Virus record (IMG/VR): IMGVR_UViG_2974764813_000001
Location: 1-64,000 of that record
Reading direction: 5' to 3' (one strand)
Length of the DNA stretch: 64,000 nt
Source of the DNA: a virus
Taxonomy: Duplodnaviria > Caudoviricetes
Position 1 is the first letter of the stretch; each line of letters opens with the position of its first letter. Made by a program: the position numbers and the translations under genes. The notes beneath the pieces were generated by a model. It was given only the letters and a program-made list of their open reading frames with translations, was not told the DNA's origin and did not search any database. Below, piece by piece: positions 1 through 8,994 of the stretch.

Positions 1-1641
1 GTGACCGAGAAAGTTCTGCCGTACGACCGCGCTGTGGTCCCACAGGAGTACGGCTGGTCCTGCGGGCCCGCCGCGACCCAGGTGGTGCTGAACTCGCGCG
101 GCATCGTCGTTTCCGAGACGAGCCTGCTCAACCAGATCGAGGCCATCGAGAACCCCGGCCGCGGCGACGACCGCGACGGCACCGACTACGTCGGCCTGAT
201 CGAGCGCGTCTTGGACAACATCGTCCCCGACGCCCGCTACACCTCGGTCTACCTGGAGAAGGACCCGCCCACCGCGGCCCAGAAGGACCTGCTGTGGACC
301 CATCTCAAGCGCTCCATCGACGCCGGATACGGCGTGGTGATGAACTGGGTGGCCCCGCCGAGCAACAAGCCGCGCGGTGTCAAGGGCAGCGTGTCCCCGC
401 GCTACTCCGGCGGCACCACCTACCACTACGTCGCGGCCATGGGCTACGACGACAACCCGGCGCTGCGCGCGGTGTGGATCGCCGACTCCGGCTTCCAGCC
501 CCAGGGCTACTGGATCAGCTTCGACCAGTGCGCCTCGCTGATCCCGCCCAAGGGCTACGCCTACGCCGACGTGACGGTCACCCCGCCGCCTGCGGGCAGC
601 AACGCCGACCTGGTCGCGATCCTCGCCCAGGCGATGAGCCCGAGCTCGATGCCGCGTGAGACCTTCGAGAACTACCTGCCGTTCTTCGCCGAGGCCATGC
701 GCGCCGCGGAGATCAACACGGTGCGCCGCGCCGCGGCCTGGTGCAGCCAGGTCGGCCACGAGTCCGGCGGCCTGCGCTACATGGCCGAGATCCAGACCGA
801 CGGGCCGGGCTGGACCGAGGACCGCAAGCGCTACCGCGGCCGCGGTCCGATCCAGCTGACCTGGTCGTCGAACTACCGCAAGTTCGGCATCTGGTGCAAG
901 GAGAAGGGCTACATCACCGACTCCGAGATCTTCGTCAACCAGCCCGAGCTGGTGGAGCAGCCGAAGTGGGGCTTCCTGGCCTCCAGCTGGTACTGGCTGT
1001 TCGACGGGCCCAAGCCCGGACAGATCAACGGCTACGCCGACGCAGGCGACAACTTCTCGGTCTCGCGCTGCATCAACGGCTGGATCACCAACGACGACGG
1101 CAGCGCCCGCACCCCGAACGGCTGGGACGACCGTCAGGCCCGCTACAACCGCTGCCTGGCCCTGGGCGAGCAGCTTCTGAAATTGACCGACGCAGCAGGA
1201 GGAGACACCGAATTGAGCGCCGAAGCCGAACGCATGATCCGCGAGATGTACCAGGAGTGGCGCAAGGAGAAGATCGGCCCGTCGCGGTCGTTCCTGGCGC
1301 CGGACTCCAATCCCATCGAGTCGCCGCTGGGCTTCATCTACAACATCGACGGCAACGAGTGGAACGGCCTGAACGTCTGGGCCTACCTGTTCGGGGTGCC
1401 GTTTGCGGTGGAGGCCGTCGAGCGTGTGGCCCGCGAGGGGGTGCACCCCAAGTCCTACGCTGCGACCGTCCCGTTCGTCGCCGAGTTCGGTCAGGCGTTC
1501 TGCAAGGGCCTGGTGGAGTTCAAGGCCAAGCTGATGCCGCTGCTGGAGGGCTTTGACGTGCAGGCGCTGCGCGCCCAGGTGGAGAAGCCCAAGGCCGATC
1601 CCGAGCCGTGGACCGGGATGTCGGGCTTCGACGACTTCTAG
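1..1641 (+). CDS. lysA: Endolysin (lysin A): N-terminal C39-like peptidase plus GH19 glycoside hydrolase domain
   Basis: QEYGWSCGPAA (C39-like Gln/Cys), HY..AMGYD, then QVGHESGGLRYMAE and YRGRGPIQLTW typical of mycobacteriophage GH19 lysins. Starts at base 1, so upstream context is not visible. Confidence 0.9.
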   Translation: MTEKVLPYDRAVVPQEYGWSCGPAATQVVLNSRGIVVSETSLLNQIEAIENPGRGDDRDGTDYVGLIERVLDNIVPDARYTSVYLEKDPPTAAQKDLLWTHLKRSIDAGYGVVMNWVAPPSNKPRGVKGSVSPRYSGGTTYHYVAAMGYDDNPALRAVWIADSGFQPQGYWISFDQCASLIPPKGYAYADVTVTPPPAGSNADLVAILAQAMSPSSMPRETFENYLPFFAEAMRAAEINTVRRAAAWCSQVGHESGGLRYMAEIQTDGPGWTEDRKRYRGRGPIQLTWSSNYRKFGIWCKEKGYITDSEIFVNQPELVEQPKWGFLASSWYWLFDGPKPGQINGYADAGDNFSVSRCINGWITNDDGSARTPNGWDDRQARYNRCLALGEQLLKLTDAAGGDTELSAEAERMIREMYQEWRKEKIGPSRSFLAPDSNPIESPLGFIYNIDGNEWNGLNVWAYLFGVPFAVEAVERVAREGVHPKSYAATVPFVAEFGQAFCKGLVEFKAKLMPLLEGFDVQALRAQVEKPKADPEPWTGMSGFDDF

Positions 1642-1650
1642 GAGCCCGCG

Positions 1651-4600
1651 ATGGCGTTCCACCCCAATCAGCAGGCCAACCTGCTGACCATCGAGAACTT
1701 CGATCCGCTCGACCAGCTCAAGCAAGCCGCTGCCGCGCGCACCCGCAAAGGTGCCCCGTGGGAGTCCATCGTCGACTTCATCCGGCACCCGAGCTTCCTG
1801 GGTATCCGCAAGGTCTACCCGCGCCAGCTCACGCTGCACAAGCTGATCTTCCTCGAGACCGAGCACATGACGGCCTACGACCTCGAGGTCATCAACGAGT
1901 GGCGCGACGGCTTCCGGCGCAAGCGCGACGTGTTCGGGGTGCAGCCCGACATCTGGGAGCGCATCGAGTACCTCAAGGCCCGCGGCGCCCGCCGGTTCCC
2001 GCACGTGCAGTGGGTCGGCGGCCGACGCGGATCCAAGGGCTTCAACGGCGGGGTGCTCGGCAGCGAGCAGATCGCCTTCCTGCGCAGCCTGGACGACTGG
2101 CAGGCCTACTACGGCGTGGACGCGGGCAAGGACGGATACTTGCAGGTCGGCGCCACCAGCCAGACCCAAGCCAAGGCGCAGCTGTTCGCCGACATCCGGG
2201 CCATGGTGGAGCGCTGCAAGTACCTGCAGCCCGACGCCAACGGGGTGGGCATCGCCGAGACCAAGGACTACATCCTGTCGGTGCGCACGCCCGCCGACGT
2301 GCGGCGCATCGCCGAGATGAAGGCCTCCAAGGTGCCCATCGACCACCTCGTGGCCACCATCAAGGCCCAGGCGCTCTCGGCGTCCTCGGCGGCCTTCCGC
2401 GGCGCCACCGCGTTCGGGCTGATGCTCGACGAGTTCGCGTTCATGGTGGAGACCGGCTCGACGAAGTCCGGCGACGCCATCTACGAAGACGCCCACCCCT
2501 CACTCGACCAGTTCGACCTCGACGGCCTGACCTACATCCCGTCCTCACCCTGGCAGAAGTCCGGCAAGGCGCAACCACTCGACACCAACGTGCTCACCCC
2601 GACCGGTTGGCGGCGCATGGGAGATCTGCAGGTCGGCGACAAGGTCATCGGCAGCGCGGGCCGCCCGGTCGTCGTGACGGCGATCCACCCGCAGGGCGTG
2701 CGCCCGGTCTACCGCGTGACCACCGCCGACGGCGCATCGACGGAGGCTGCCGACACCCACGAGTGGGCAGTGCAGACGCGACACGACCGCGCACGCGGCA
2801 CCTCTCGGGTCCTGACCACCGAGCAGCTCGTGGCGACGACCCAGAGCACCATGTTCGACCGGGTGTCCATCCCGCGCATTTCGGCGCCGGTGCAGTACCC
2901 CGAACGCGATCTGGCGATTGATCCCTACGCGCTCGGCCTGCTCCTGGGCGATGGCTGCATCACAAGCGCCATCATCTTCGGCAGCCAAGATCAGGAACTG
3001 ATCGACGAGTTCGGCGCGATCATGACGCGCGACTTCCCGGAGAGCCGGTGGGTCACCACGCGACGCGCCAGTGGATACGTCGAGGGGCGGCTGCGCCATG
3101 ATGCCTGGGGCGTCAAGAATCCGGTCCGCAAGGAGCTGGAGAACCTCGGTCTCTGGGGCAAGCGCTCCTACGAGAAGTTCATCCCCGAGGAATACCTCCG
3201 CGCCAGTCCGGCCCAGCGCCTGGAGATTCTGCGAGGCCTGCTGGACACCGACGGCTGGTGCGACACCAAGACTGGTACCGCGATGCTCTCGACTTCGTCC
3301 TGGGCGCTCATGGCGAGCGTCGTCGATCTCGTCGAGGGGCTCGGCGGGGTGTGTCGAGTGCGCAAGATTCATCCAGGTCGCGGGGGCTTCGCCTCGACGC
3401 GCACCGACTACTGGGAGATCCGAGTCCGGCTGCCGGAGGAGGTCGACGCGCCTTTCCGGCTGGGGCGCAAGCGCGATCTTTACGTCGGCCGCCGGACCAC
3501 CGGTGCGCGCGGCCTGGTGCGGTCGGTGCGATCAGTCGAGTACATCGCCGACAAGGAGGTGCAGTGCATCACCGTCGACGCGCCGGACCACCTGTACGTG
3601 ACCGAGCACCACCTGGTGACCCACAACTGCTACGGCCTCTACCAGGAGGGCTCGGTGCTGATGTCCAACTACAAGGACGAGCGAGGCATCGGGGAAGAGG
3701 CCAAGGCCGAACTGCAGGCGCTGGCCGCCCAGAGGGGCGACGACACCGCCGAGGTCGACGCCAACCCGACCATGCTGGTCATCCAGCTGCCCAGCTGGGG
3801 TGTCTACCTGGACTGGGAGCGCGGCCCCGAGCTGGTGGGGGAGACCTTCCGCAAGCCGATCCAGTGGGGGCCGACCCACGAGTCGCAGATCCGGCGCAAG
3901 GTGCGCAACCCGGAGAAGTTCCGCGTCGAACGCGAGGCGCAGTGGGCCGAGGTCATGGGCGCCTACTTCGACCCCGACAAGGTCGACCGGATGTTCCGGC
4001 CGCCGACGTGGCGCCCGGCGCTGGAGGCCCAGTCGCGCGGGTACCTCAAGCACAAGTACCGGATCCACTGCGATCCGGGCCGCACCGGCGCCAACTTCGC
4101 CATGTGCGTCGGGCATACCGAGGACGTCTGCCGGACCTGTCAGTGGGTGCCCAACCCCGAGTTCCCCGACGTGCACAAACACGACTGCGACAAGAACGAG
4201 GTGCGCCCGCACGTCGTCATCGACCTGCTGCATGTGTGGCGGCCCCAGGACTTCCCGCTGGACCCCGAGACCAACAAGCCGACCATCGACTACGCGGTGG
4301 TGCAGGACGCGCTGCGCGGCACGCTGAACTCGTTTCCCTCGACCTCCAAGATCAGCTTCGACCAGTGGAACTCCGCGCTGGGTATCTCGCAGCTGCGCCG
4401 GGAGTTCTCGCCGGGCATTCGGGTCTCGGAGGTGAACTTCACCGAGAAGGAGAACCAGTCGCGCTTCGAGAAGGTCAAGGCCGCCCTGAACATGGAGATG
4501 GTCTCGTCCTACCGCGACACCTGGTACGAGGACGGCGGCTCGCTGCTGGAGATGGAGCTGAAGTTCCTCTCGATGCGCGGCGGGCGGGTGGTCAAGCAGG

Positions 4601-4911
4601 ACGTCGGGCCGGTCACCACCAAGGACCTTTGCGACGCCTTCTGCGTGGTGGTCTCCGATCTGCTGCACGACACCCTGGAGCGCTACTCCAGCGGCACCGA
4701 CATGGCCGTCGGCGCCTATGGTTCGACCAACGTCGCGGCGCTGCGCAGTGGCCGCGAGCTTGAGCGCATCGGCTCCGGCGAGTCCAACAACCGGGCCCGC
4801 CGGGCGATGGCCGACCTGACCCGCGCGCGCAACCGCTACGACTACGGGTCGAACCCGGCAGGCAGCATCCATCGCCGCAATCCGAATACTCGTGGCCGAG
4901 GGCGCTTCTGA
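1651..4911 (+). CDS. terL: Terminase large subunit containing an intein
   Basis: Walker A-like GGRRGSKG, Walker B LMLDEFA, SSP coupling motif, C-terminal nuclease motifs IHCDPG, ISFDQWN, KDLCDA; intein in the middle. Confidence 0.9.
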   Translation: MAFHPNQQANLLTIENFDPLDQLKQAAAARTRKGAPWESIVDFIRHPSFLGIRKVYPRQLTLHKLIFLETEHMTAYDLEVINEWRDGFRRKRDVFGVQPDIWERIEYLKARGARRFPHVQWVGGRRGSKGFNGGVLGSEQIAFLRSLDDWQAYYGVDAGKDGYLQVGATSQTQAKAQLFADIRAMVERCKYLQPDANGVGIAETKDYILSVRTPADVRRIAEMKASKVPIDHLVATIKAQALSASSAAFRGATAFGLMLDEFAFMVETGSTKSGDAIYEDAHPSLDQFDLDGLTYIPSSPWQKSGKAQPLDTNVLTPTGWRRMGDLQVGDKVIGSAGRPVVVTAIHPQGVRPVYRVTTADGASTEAADTHEWAVQTRHDRARGTSRVLTTEQLVATTQSTMFDRVSIPRISAPVQYPERDLAIDPYALGLLLGDGCITSAIIFGSQDQELIDEFGAIMTRDFPESRWVTTRRASGYVEGRLRHDAWGVKNPVRKELENLGLWGKRSYEKFIPEEYLRASPAQRLEILRGLLDTDGWCDTKTGTAMLSTSSWALMASVVDLVEGLGGVCRVRKIHPGRGGFASTRTDYWEIRVRLPEEVDAPFRLGRKRDLYVGRRTTGARGLVRSVRSVEYIADKEVQCITVDAPDHLYVTEHHLVTHNCYGLYQEGSVLMSNYKDERGIGEEAKAELQALAAQRGDDTAEVDANPTMLVIQLPSWGVYLDWERGPELVGETFRKPIQWGPTHESQIRRKVRNPEKFRVEREAQWAEVMGAYFDPDKVDRMFRPPTWRPALEAQSRGYLKHKYRIHCDPGRTGANFAMCVGHTEDVCRTCQWVPNPEFPDVHKHDCDKNEVRPHVVIDLLHVWRPQDFPLDPETNKPTIDYAVVQDALRGTLNSFPSTSKISFDQWNSALGISQLRREFSPGIRVSEVNFTEKENQSRFEKVKAALNMEMVSSYRDTWYEDGGSLLEMELKFLSMRGGRVVKQDVGPVTTKDLCDAFCVVVSDLLHDTLERYSSGTDMAVGAYGSTNVAALRSGRELERIGSGESNNRARRAMADLTRARNRYDYGSNPAGSIHRRNPNTRGRGRF
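2569..3627 (+). mobile_element. Class-3-type intein (353 aa) with LAGLIDADG homing endonuclease
   Basis: Starts AQPLDTNVLTPTGW (Ala1); block B DTHEW; LGLLLGDG and LRGLLDTDG endonuclease motifs; block F VQCITVD; ends LVTHN followed by +1 Cys. Confidence 0.92.
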
Positions 4912-4922
4912 CGCGTGTTTCG

Positions 4923-4951
4923 TTGACGAAACTACACCAAACCTATACGCT
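4923..4951 (+). promoter_or_regulatory. SigA-like promoter TTGACG-N17-TACGCT, overlapped by the 11-bp-phased repeat and followed by a palindromic operator at 4960-4973
   Basis: AT-rich intergenic gap after terL with -35/-10 hexamers at 17 nt spacing. Confidence 0.6.
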
Positions 4952-5004
4952 CTCAATACTTCCAAAAATGGGAGTTTCTTTCATAATCGAAAATGAGGTG
5001 TTGC

Positions 5005-5256
5005 GTGGCCGGTGGTAGCAAAGGCAGCAAGATTTCCGCGCTGATCGACCAGTGCGAATACTTCGATCCCCCCACGGAGGACCAACGCCGAGCGGCGGCG
5101 CGCGCCCTGTGCGGGACCGTCTCCCGCAACGTCCCCGAGGCCGAGCAGGCCGCCGTCGCCCACGACCTGATGGGCATGCTCGGACTGCTGCCCGGCCAGG
5201 AGTCTGAGGAGTACCTGACCGGTCCCGCCCCCATGCTCAACCGGGACTGCTCATGA
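5005..5256 (+). CDS. Hypothetical protein
   Basis: GAGGTG SD before GTG 5005; ATGA overlap with the next gene. Confidence 0.6.
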   Translation: MAGGSKGSKISALIDQCEYFDPPTEDQRRAAARALCGTVSRNVPEAEQAAVAHDLMGMLGLLPGQESEEYLTGPAPMLNRDCS

Positions 5257-5783
5257 CCGCCCCCGCCATGCTGACCACCGGACAGTGGTGGCTGCAGCTG
5301 TGGTCCGGCAACCCCCACATCACCATCTGCTACCGCGACGGCTCCCCGTACCTGCAGCGCTGGTACCTGGTCCCGCGTAACCGGTTCTTCAACCTCTACC
5401 TGCACAAATTCCTGCGCTCCGACGAGGACAAAGAACTCCACTGCCACCCGTGGAACTTCGTCAGCTTCATCCTCAAGGGCAGCTACATCGAGGTCACCGA
5501 GGACGGCCGCCGCGAGCGCAAGCGCTTCTCCATCGCCTACCGGCGCGCCGAGACGCGCCACCGCGTCGAGCTGTTGCGCACCGAGGCCATCCCGCTGGAC
5601 CGCAACCGTCCGCGCCCCATGGAGACCCCGGCCTGGACGCTGGTGCTCACCGGACCGAAGATCCGCGAGTGGGGCTTCTACTGCGTGACCGCGCGTGACG
5701 CACTGGGCCGCATCGCCGAGCAGCGCTTCATCCGGTGGGACCGCTGGGTCGGCGGCCGCGGCGGCTGCGGGGAGTTTGCATGA
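5253..5783 (+). CDS. Conserved phage cupin-like hypothetical protein
   Basis: YLHKFLRSD..ELHCHPWNF.S.ILKG.Y.E cupin-like motif; translationally coupled. Confidence 0.65.
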   Translation: MTAPAMLTTGQWWLQLWSGNPHITICYRDGSPYLQRWYLVPRNRFFNLYLHKFLRSDEDKELHCHPWNFVSFILKGSYIEVTEDGRRERKRFSIAYRRAETRHRVELLRTEAIPLDRNRPRPMETPAWTLVLTGPKIREWGFYCVTARDALGRIAEQRFIRWDRWVGGRGGCGEFA

Positions 5784-6235
5784 GCCGCACCCTGCCTACC
5801 GCGGTTATTGCCGACATGGACGGCACCCTCGTCGACGTCAGCAGCATCCGGCACCACGCCGAGGCCAAGGACTTCGACGCGTTCCACGCCGCCTCGGCCG
5901 ACTGCCCGCCCAACCAGATGGCCATCGACTGGGTCAAGCGCCACCACGCCCGCGGCGACGTCATCCTGGTGCTCACCGGTCGCGAGGACAAGTGGCACCA
6001 GCTGTCGCACCACTGGCTGGTCCAAAACATGCCGGTGCTCTTCTGCGGCCCGTTCATGCGCAAGGCCAAGGACTACCGGCCCGACCACGAGGTCAAGCGC
6101 GAGATGTACGACTGGCTGTCCAAGCGCTACCGGATCACCGCGGCCATCGACGATCGCCCGTCGATCATCAGCCTGTGGACCGAGCTCGGTCTCGACGTCA
6201 CCGTCGTGCCGGGCTGGCCGCAGGGAGTCGCGTGA
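5780..6235 (+). CDS. HAD-family phosphatase (polynucleotide kinase 3'-phosphatase-like domain)
   Basis: DMDGTL motif I, LTGR motif II, FMR..D.RPD..VK, IDDR motif IV. Confidence 0.8.
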   Translation: MSRTLPTAVIADMDGTLVDVSSIRHHAEAKDFDAFHAASADCPPNQMAIDWVKRHHARGDVILVLTGREDKWHQLSHHWLVQNMPVLFCGPFMRKAKDYRPDHEVKREMYDWLSKRYRITAAIDDRPSIISLWTELGLDVTVVPGWPQGVA

Positions 6236-6651
6236 TCACTCCGTTCCGCGGGCGCAGCGTAGCGGCTGGTGACCGCGTCGAGGTGGCCCGCAACCTGCAC
6301 AACGAGAGCTGGTCGGTGCGCGCCCTCGGCGGCGAACACAAGGGCCTGGTGGTGGGCTACGCCGACGAGCTCACCCTGCTGGATCCGCAGTTCCGGGTCA
6401 ACGAGGCCAGCCGCCAGCGCGCCGTACGCGAGGGGCAGCGCAACGTGCACGCCCGCGTGGCCGGGGTGCTCGCCGACTTCCGGCCCGTTGGCGACGTCCA
6501 GGTGCACTACAGCCCGTTCCGGGCGCCGCACTTCACCATCGGCTACGACGTCAATGCCTCGGTGCATGCCGCTGCGGAGGCGTGCTTCACCGATCTTGGT
6601 GAGCTGTTCGTCGTGTCTCCCGTGTGTGATCTTGACGCGATTTGCCAGTGA
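6232..6651 (+). CDS. Conserved phage hypothetical protein
   Basis: RNLH...WSV and FRVNEASRQRA.REG.RNVHA motifs; GTGA overlap with the upstream gene. Confidence 0.65.
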   Translation: MITPFRGRSVAAGDRVEVARNLHNESWSVRALGGEHKGLVVGYADELTLLDPQFRVNEASRQRAVREGQRNVHARVAGVLADFRPVGDVQVHYSPFRAPHFTIGYDVNASVHAAAEACFTDLGELFVVSPVCDLDAICQ

Positions 6652-6726
6652 CCTTGGCTAACGTCGAATAGCTCGCTGTACCCAGAAAAACCCTGTTTAA
6701 ACGTGTTTGCTGCATTTCCAAAAAGG

Positions 6727-7119
6727 GTGACGTTGACAGCAGAAGCAATGACCGCGATCACTGTCCTGATCTCCCAGGTTTCGGGCACCCCGTACATCTC
6801 CGGCGGCAACAGCCCAGCCGGAACGGATTGCTCGGGCCTGGCCTCCTGGGTCGCCAACGTGGCTGTCGGTCGTGATCCGTACTCCGGCCGCTTCCACACC
6901 GGCATCGAGGCGAAGGCGCTCGCCGAGCGTGGCTTCCGGCCCGGTAAGCCCGGCGACGTACCCGCCCTGGTGATCGGCTGGAACTCCCGCCACACCGCGG
7001 TCACCCTGCCCGACGGCACCGCGGTGTCCTCCGGCGAGGGCGGTCGAGGGGTGAAGTACGGCGGCGGCGGGGCCTTCCAGCCGCAGTTCACCCACCACGC
7101 CTATCTGCCAGTCGAATAG
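6727..7119 (+). CDS. Small NlpC/P60-like peptidase (start uncertain, 6727 or 6748)
   Basis: GTPYISGG...DCSGL catalytic Cys and HTAV His. Confidence 0.7.
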   Translation: MTLTAEAMTAITVLISQVSGTPYISGGNSPAGTDCSGLASWVANVAVGRDPYSGRFHTGIEAKALAERGFRPGKPGDVPALVIGWNSRHTAVTLPDGTAVSSGEGGRGVKYGGGGAFQPQFTHHAYLPVE

Positions 7120-7167
7120 AGATGGTATAGTTTGCGTATAGAATCCCACGTCAACGACGGGAGTCCC

Positions 7168-8028
7168 ATGCGCGAACACCTCTACCTCGGCACCCACATG
7201 GTCAACTGGCTCGGCACAGCGGGCGTCCCGCTGTTCGTGTCGCATCGGCGACTGTCTCGGCAGAAAGCACTGCCGGTCGCCGCGGCCCCGTGGGCGCTGG
7301 ACTCCGGCGGGTTCTCGGAGCTGAGCATGTTCGGCGCATGGCGCACCACCGCGGCCGAGTACGTCGCCGCGGTCAACCGCTACGACCAGTTCATCGGCCA
7401 GCTCGAATGGGCCGCCCCGATGGACTGGATGTGCGAGCCCGACATGATCGCCAGGACCGGCCTGAGCGTCCTGGAGCACCAGCGCCGCACCGTCGCCAAC
7501 TACGTCGAACTGCACGCGCTGTGGGGCGACGTCAGCGACGAGCAGTGCCCGTTCATGCCGGTTCTGCAGGGCTACGCCGTCGAGGACTACCTGCGCTGCA
7601 TGGACATGTACGCCGAGGCGGGCGTGGACCTGCACAACGTCGAGCTGGTCGGGGTCGGCAGCGTGTGCCGCCGTCAGCACACCTCCGAGATCGCCGCGGT
7701 CTTCGAGGCGATCCTGGCCACCGACGAGGGCCTGCCGGTGCACGGCTTCGGTGTCAAGAGCCTGGGCCTGCGCGAGTACGGTCACCTGCTGACCACGGCC
7801 GACTCCATGGCCTGGTCCTACAACGCGCGCAAGAATCCGCGCCTGGACGGCTGCACCCACAAGCACTGTGGCAACTGCATGCTCTGGGCGCTGCGCTGGC
7901 GGCGCAACATCGTGCGCGGCTGCTGCGCCACCCATGGCGAGCCGTGCGACGGCGTGCGCGGCGGCTGCCTGGCCGACATGAAGGTCACCAACACGCAGCT
8001 GCTCAGCAACTATGCAGAAGTGGCCTAG
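7168..8028 (+). CDS. tRNA-guanine transglycosylase (TGT/DpdA)-like protein
   Basis: ALDSGGFS, APMDWMCEP, PVLQG, VGVGSVC, VHGFG, ADSMAWS motifs of the TGT-fold family; Cys/His-rich C-terminus. Confidence 0.75.
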   Translation: MREHLYLGTHMVNWLGTAGVPLFVSHRRLSRQKALPVAAAPWALDSGGFSELSMFGAWRTTAAEYVAAVNRYDQFIGQLEWAAPMDWMCEPDMIARTGLSVLEHQRRTVANYVELHALWGDVSDEQCPFMPVLQGYAVEDYLRCMDMYAEAGVDLHNVELVGVGSVCRRQHTSEIAAVFEAILATDEGLPVHGFGVKSLGLREYGHLLTTADSMAWSYNARKNPRLDGCTHKHCGNCMLWALRWRRNIVRGCCATHGEPCDGVRGGCLADMKVTNTQLLSNYAEVA

Positions 8029-8126
8029 CAGTGGTATAGTTTCGCGCAGACCAGCTGACTACTATCGAGGAACACACTCTGTTCCCAGGGTTGCGTTAGT
8101 GCAAGCGGGTTTGGTCTCCCGCGCAA

Positions 8127-8534
8127 GGGCCTGAACTAGTTTCGACAGGTGACTTTGACAACTGAACAGCGGGCAGGTGTTGGGTGCATTTCTACCTCAA
8201 GTGAACGCACCGACCAATTAAGCGCCGACAACAACGACGCACTGGTCTCCGACGCCGACTTCGCCGAGATCGAGGCTTTTGCCAACGACTCGGCTCTGGT
8301 CAGCGCCTGAGCCTGCCGGGGACAAGCAGACCGCTGCGCGGAGTCCCTGGCATCATCCATAGCAGCGGTCGAAGCCGGTCAGGTCCGTGGAGCCTGACCG
8401 AGGGGTATCTAATCCGCGACGATCCTCGCAAGGTCCTGTCCCTGGGGCCGCGAGTTGGCCCTAAACAGGGACTACGCCCGTAGAACGCAGTGAGAAGAGA
8501 CACCTGGACCCCGGGGCAGTGCCGGGCAGGTCCA
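8127..8534 (+). ncRNA. ssrA: tmRNA
   Basis: Acceptor stem GGGCCTG(8127-33)/CAGGTCC(8527-33) with G3:U70 and discriminator A; TTTCGAC D-loop; P2 CAGGTG/CACCTG; T-arm CCCGG-GGCAGTG-CCGGG; AATTAAGC before the GCC resume codon at 8224; tag ORF ends at TGA 8310. Confidence 0.92.
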
Positions 8535-8596
8535 CCGATGGAAGTTGCTTTCCGACTCCGGTTGCAATTGCCGTTTTCGGTAACCACGATGATTGC

Positions 8597-8773
8597 ATGC
8601 GCAAAAGCGACTACACCGATCTAGAACTCAGACAGATTGTCGCCCAACGCCGCCGGGAACTCACCGCTCGCGACGTCGAGCTCGCCAAACAGCAGCGCCA
8701 GATCGCCCAGGAACGGGCCCACGTCGCCTCCGAACTCAACGATCTCGACGAGGCCGACCGGCTGCTAGAGTGA
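8597..8773 (+). CDS. Small coiled-coil hypothetical protein
   Basis: 58 aa ORF with host-like codon usage, preceded by operator-like palindromes. Confidence 0.55.
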   Translation: MRKSDYTDLELRQIVAQRRRELTARDVELAKQQRQIAQERAHVASELNDLDEADRLLE

Positions 8774-8822
8774 AAACGCGGACCCCGCCACACCTGTGGA
8801 GCACGGGGTCCAGCTGTTTTTC
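8774..8822. terminator. Probable bidirectional terminator between convergent operons
   Basis: GGACCCCG...CGGGGTCC stem, flanked by AAAA on the left and TTTTTT on the right. Confidence 0.6.
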
Positions 8823-8994
8823 AGAGGTACTCGACTTCCCAGGCGGGGTGCAGCAGTACGCGGCGGCCGTCGTCCATCCGCACCCGCAGGTAGTGGCTGG
8901 CACTGGTGATGGTGCCCTCGGTGCCGAAGAACCGCACGCGGCCACCGCGGCGCGCGGGCACGCCGTACTGCTGCCGCACCCACGCCATGCTCAC
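8821..8994 (-). CDS. Small SH3-like hypothetical protein
   Basis: YGVPARRGGRV...GTITS...LRVRMD...LHP, a common phage family; coupled to the upstream gene. Confidence 0.6.
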   Translation of the reverse strand: MSMAWVRQQYGVPARRGGRVRFFGTEGTITSASHYLRVRMDDGRRVLLHPAWEVEYL

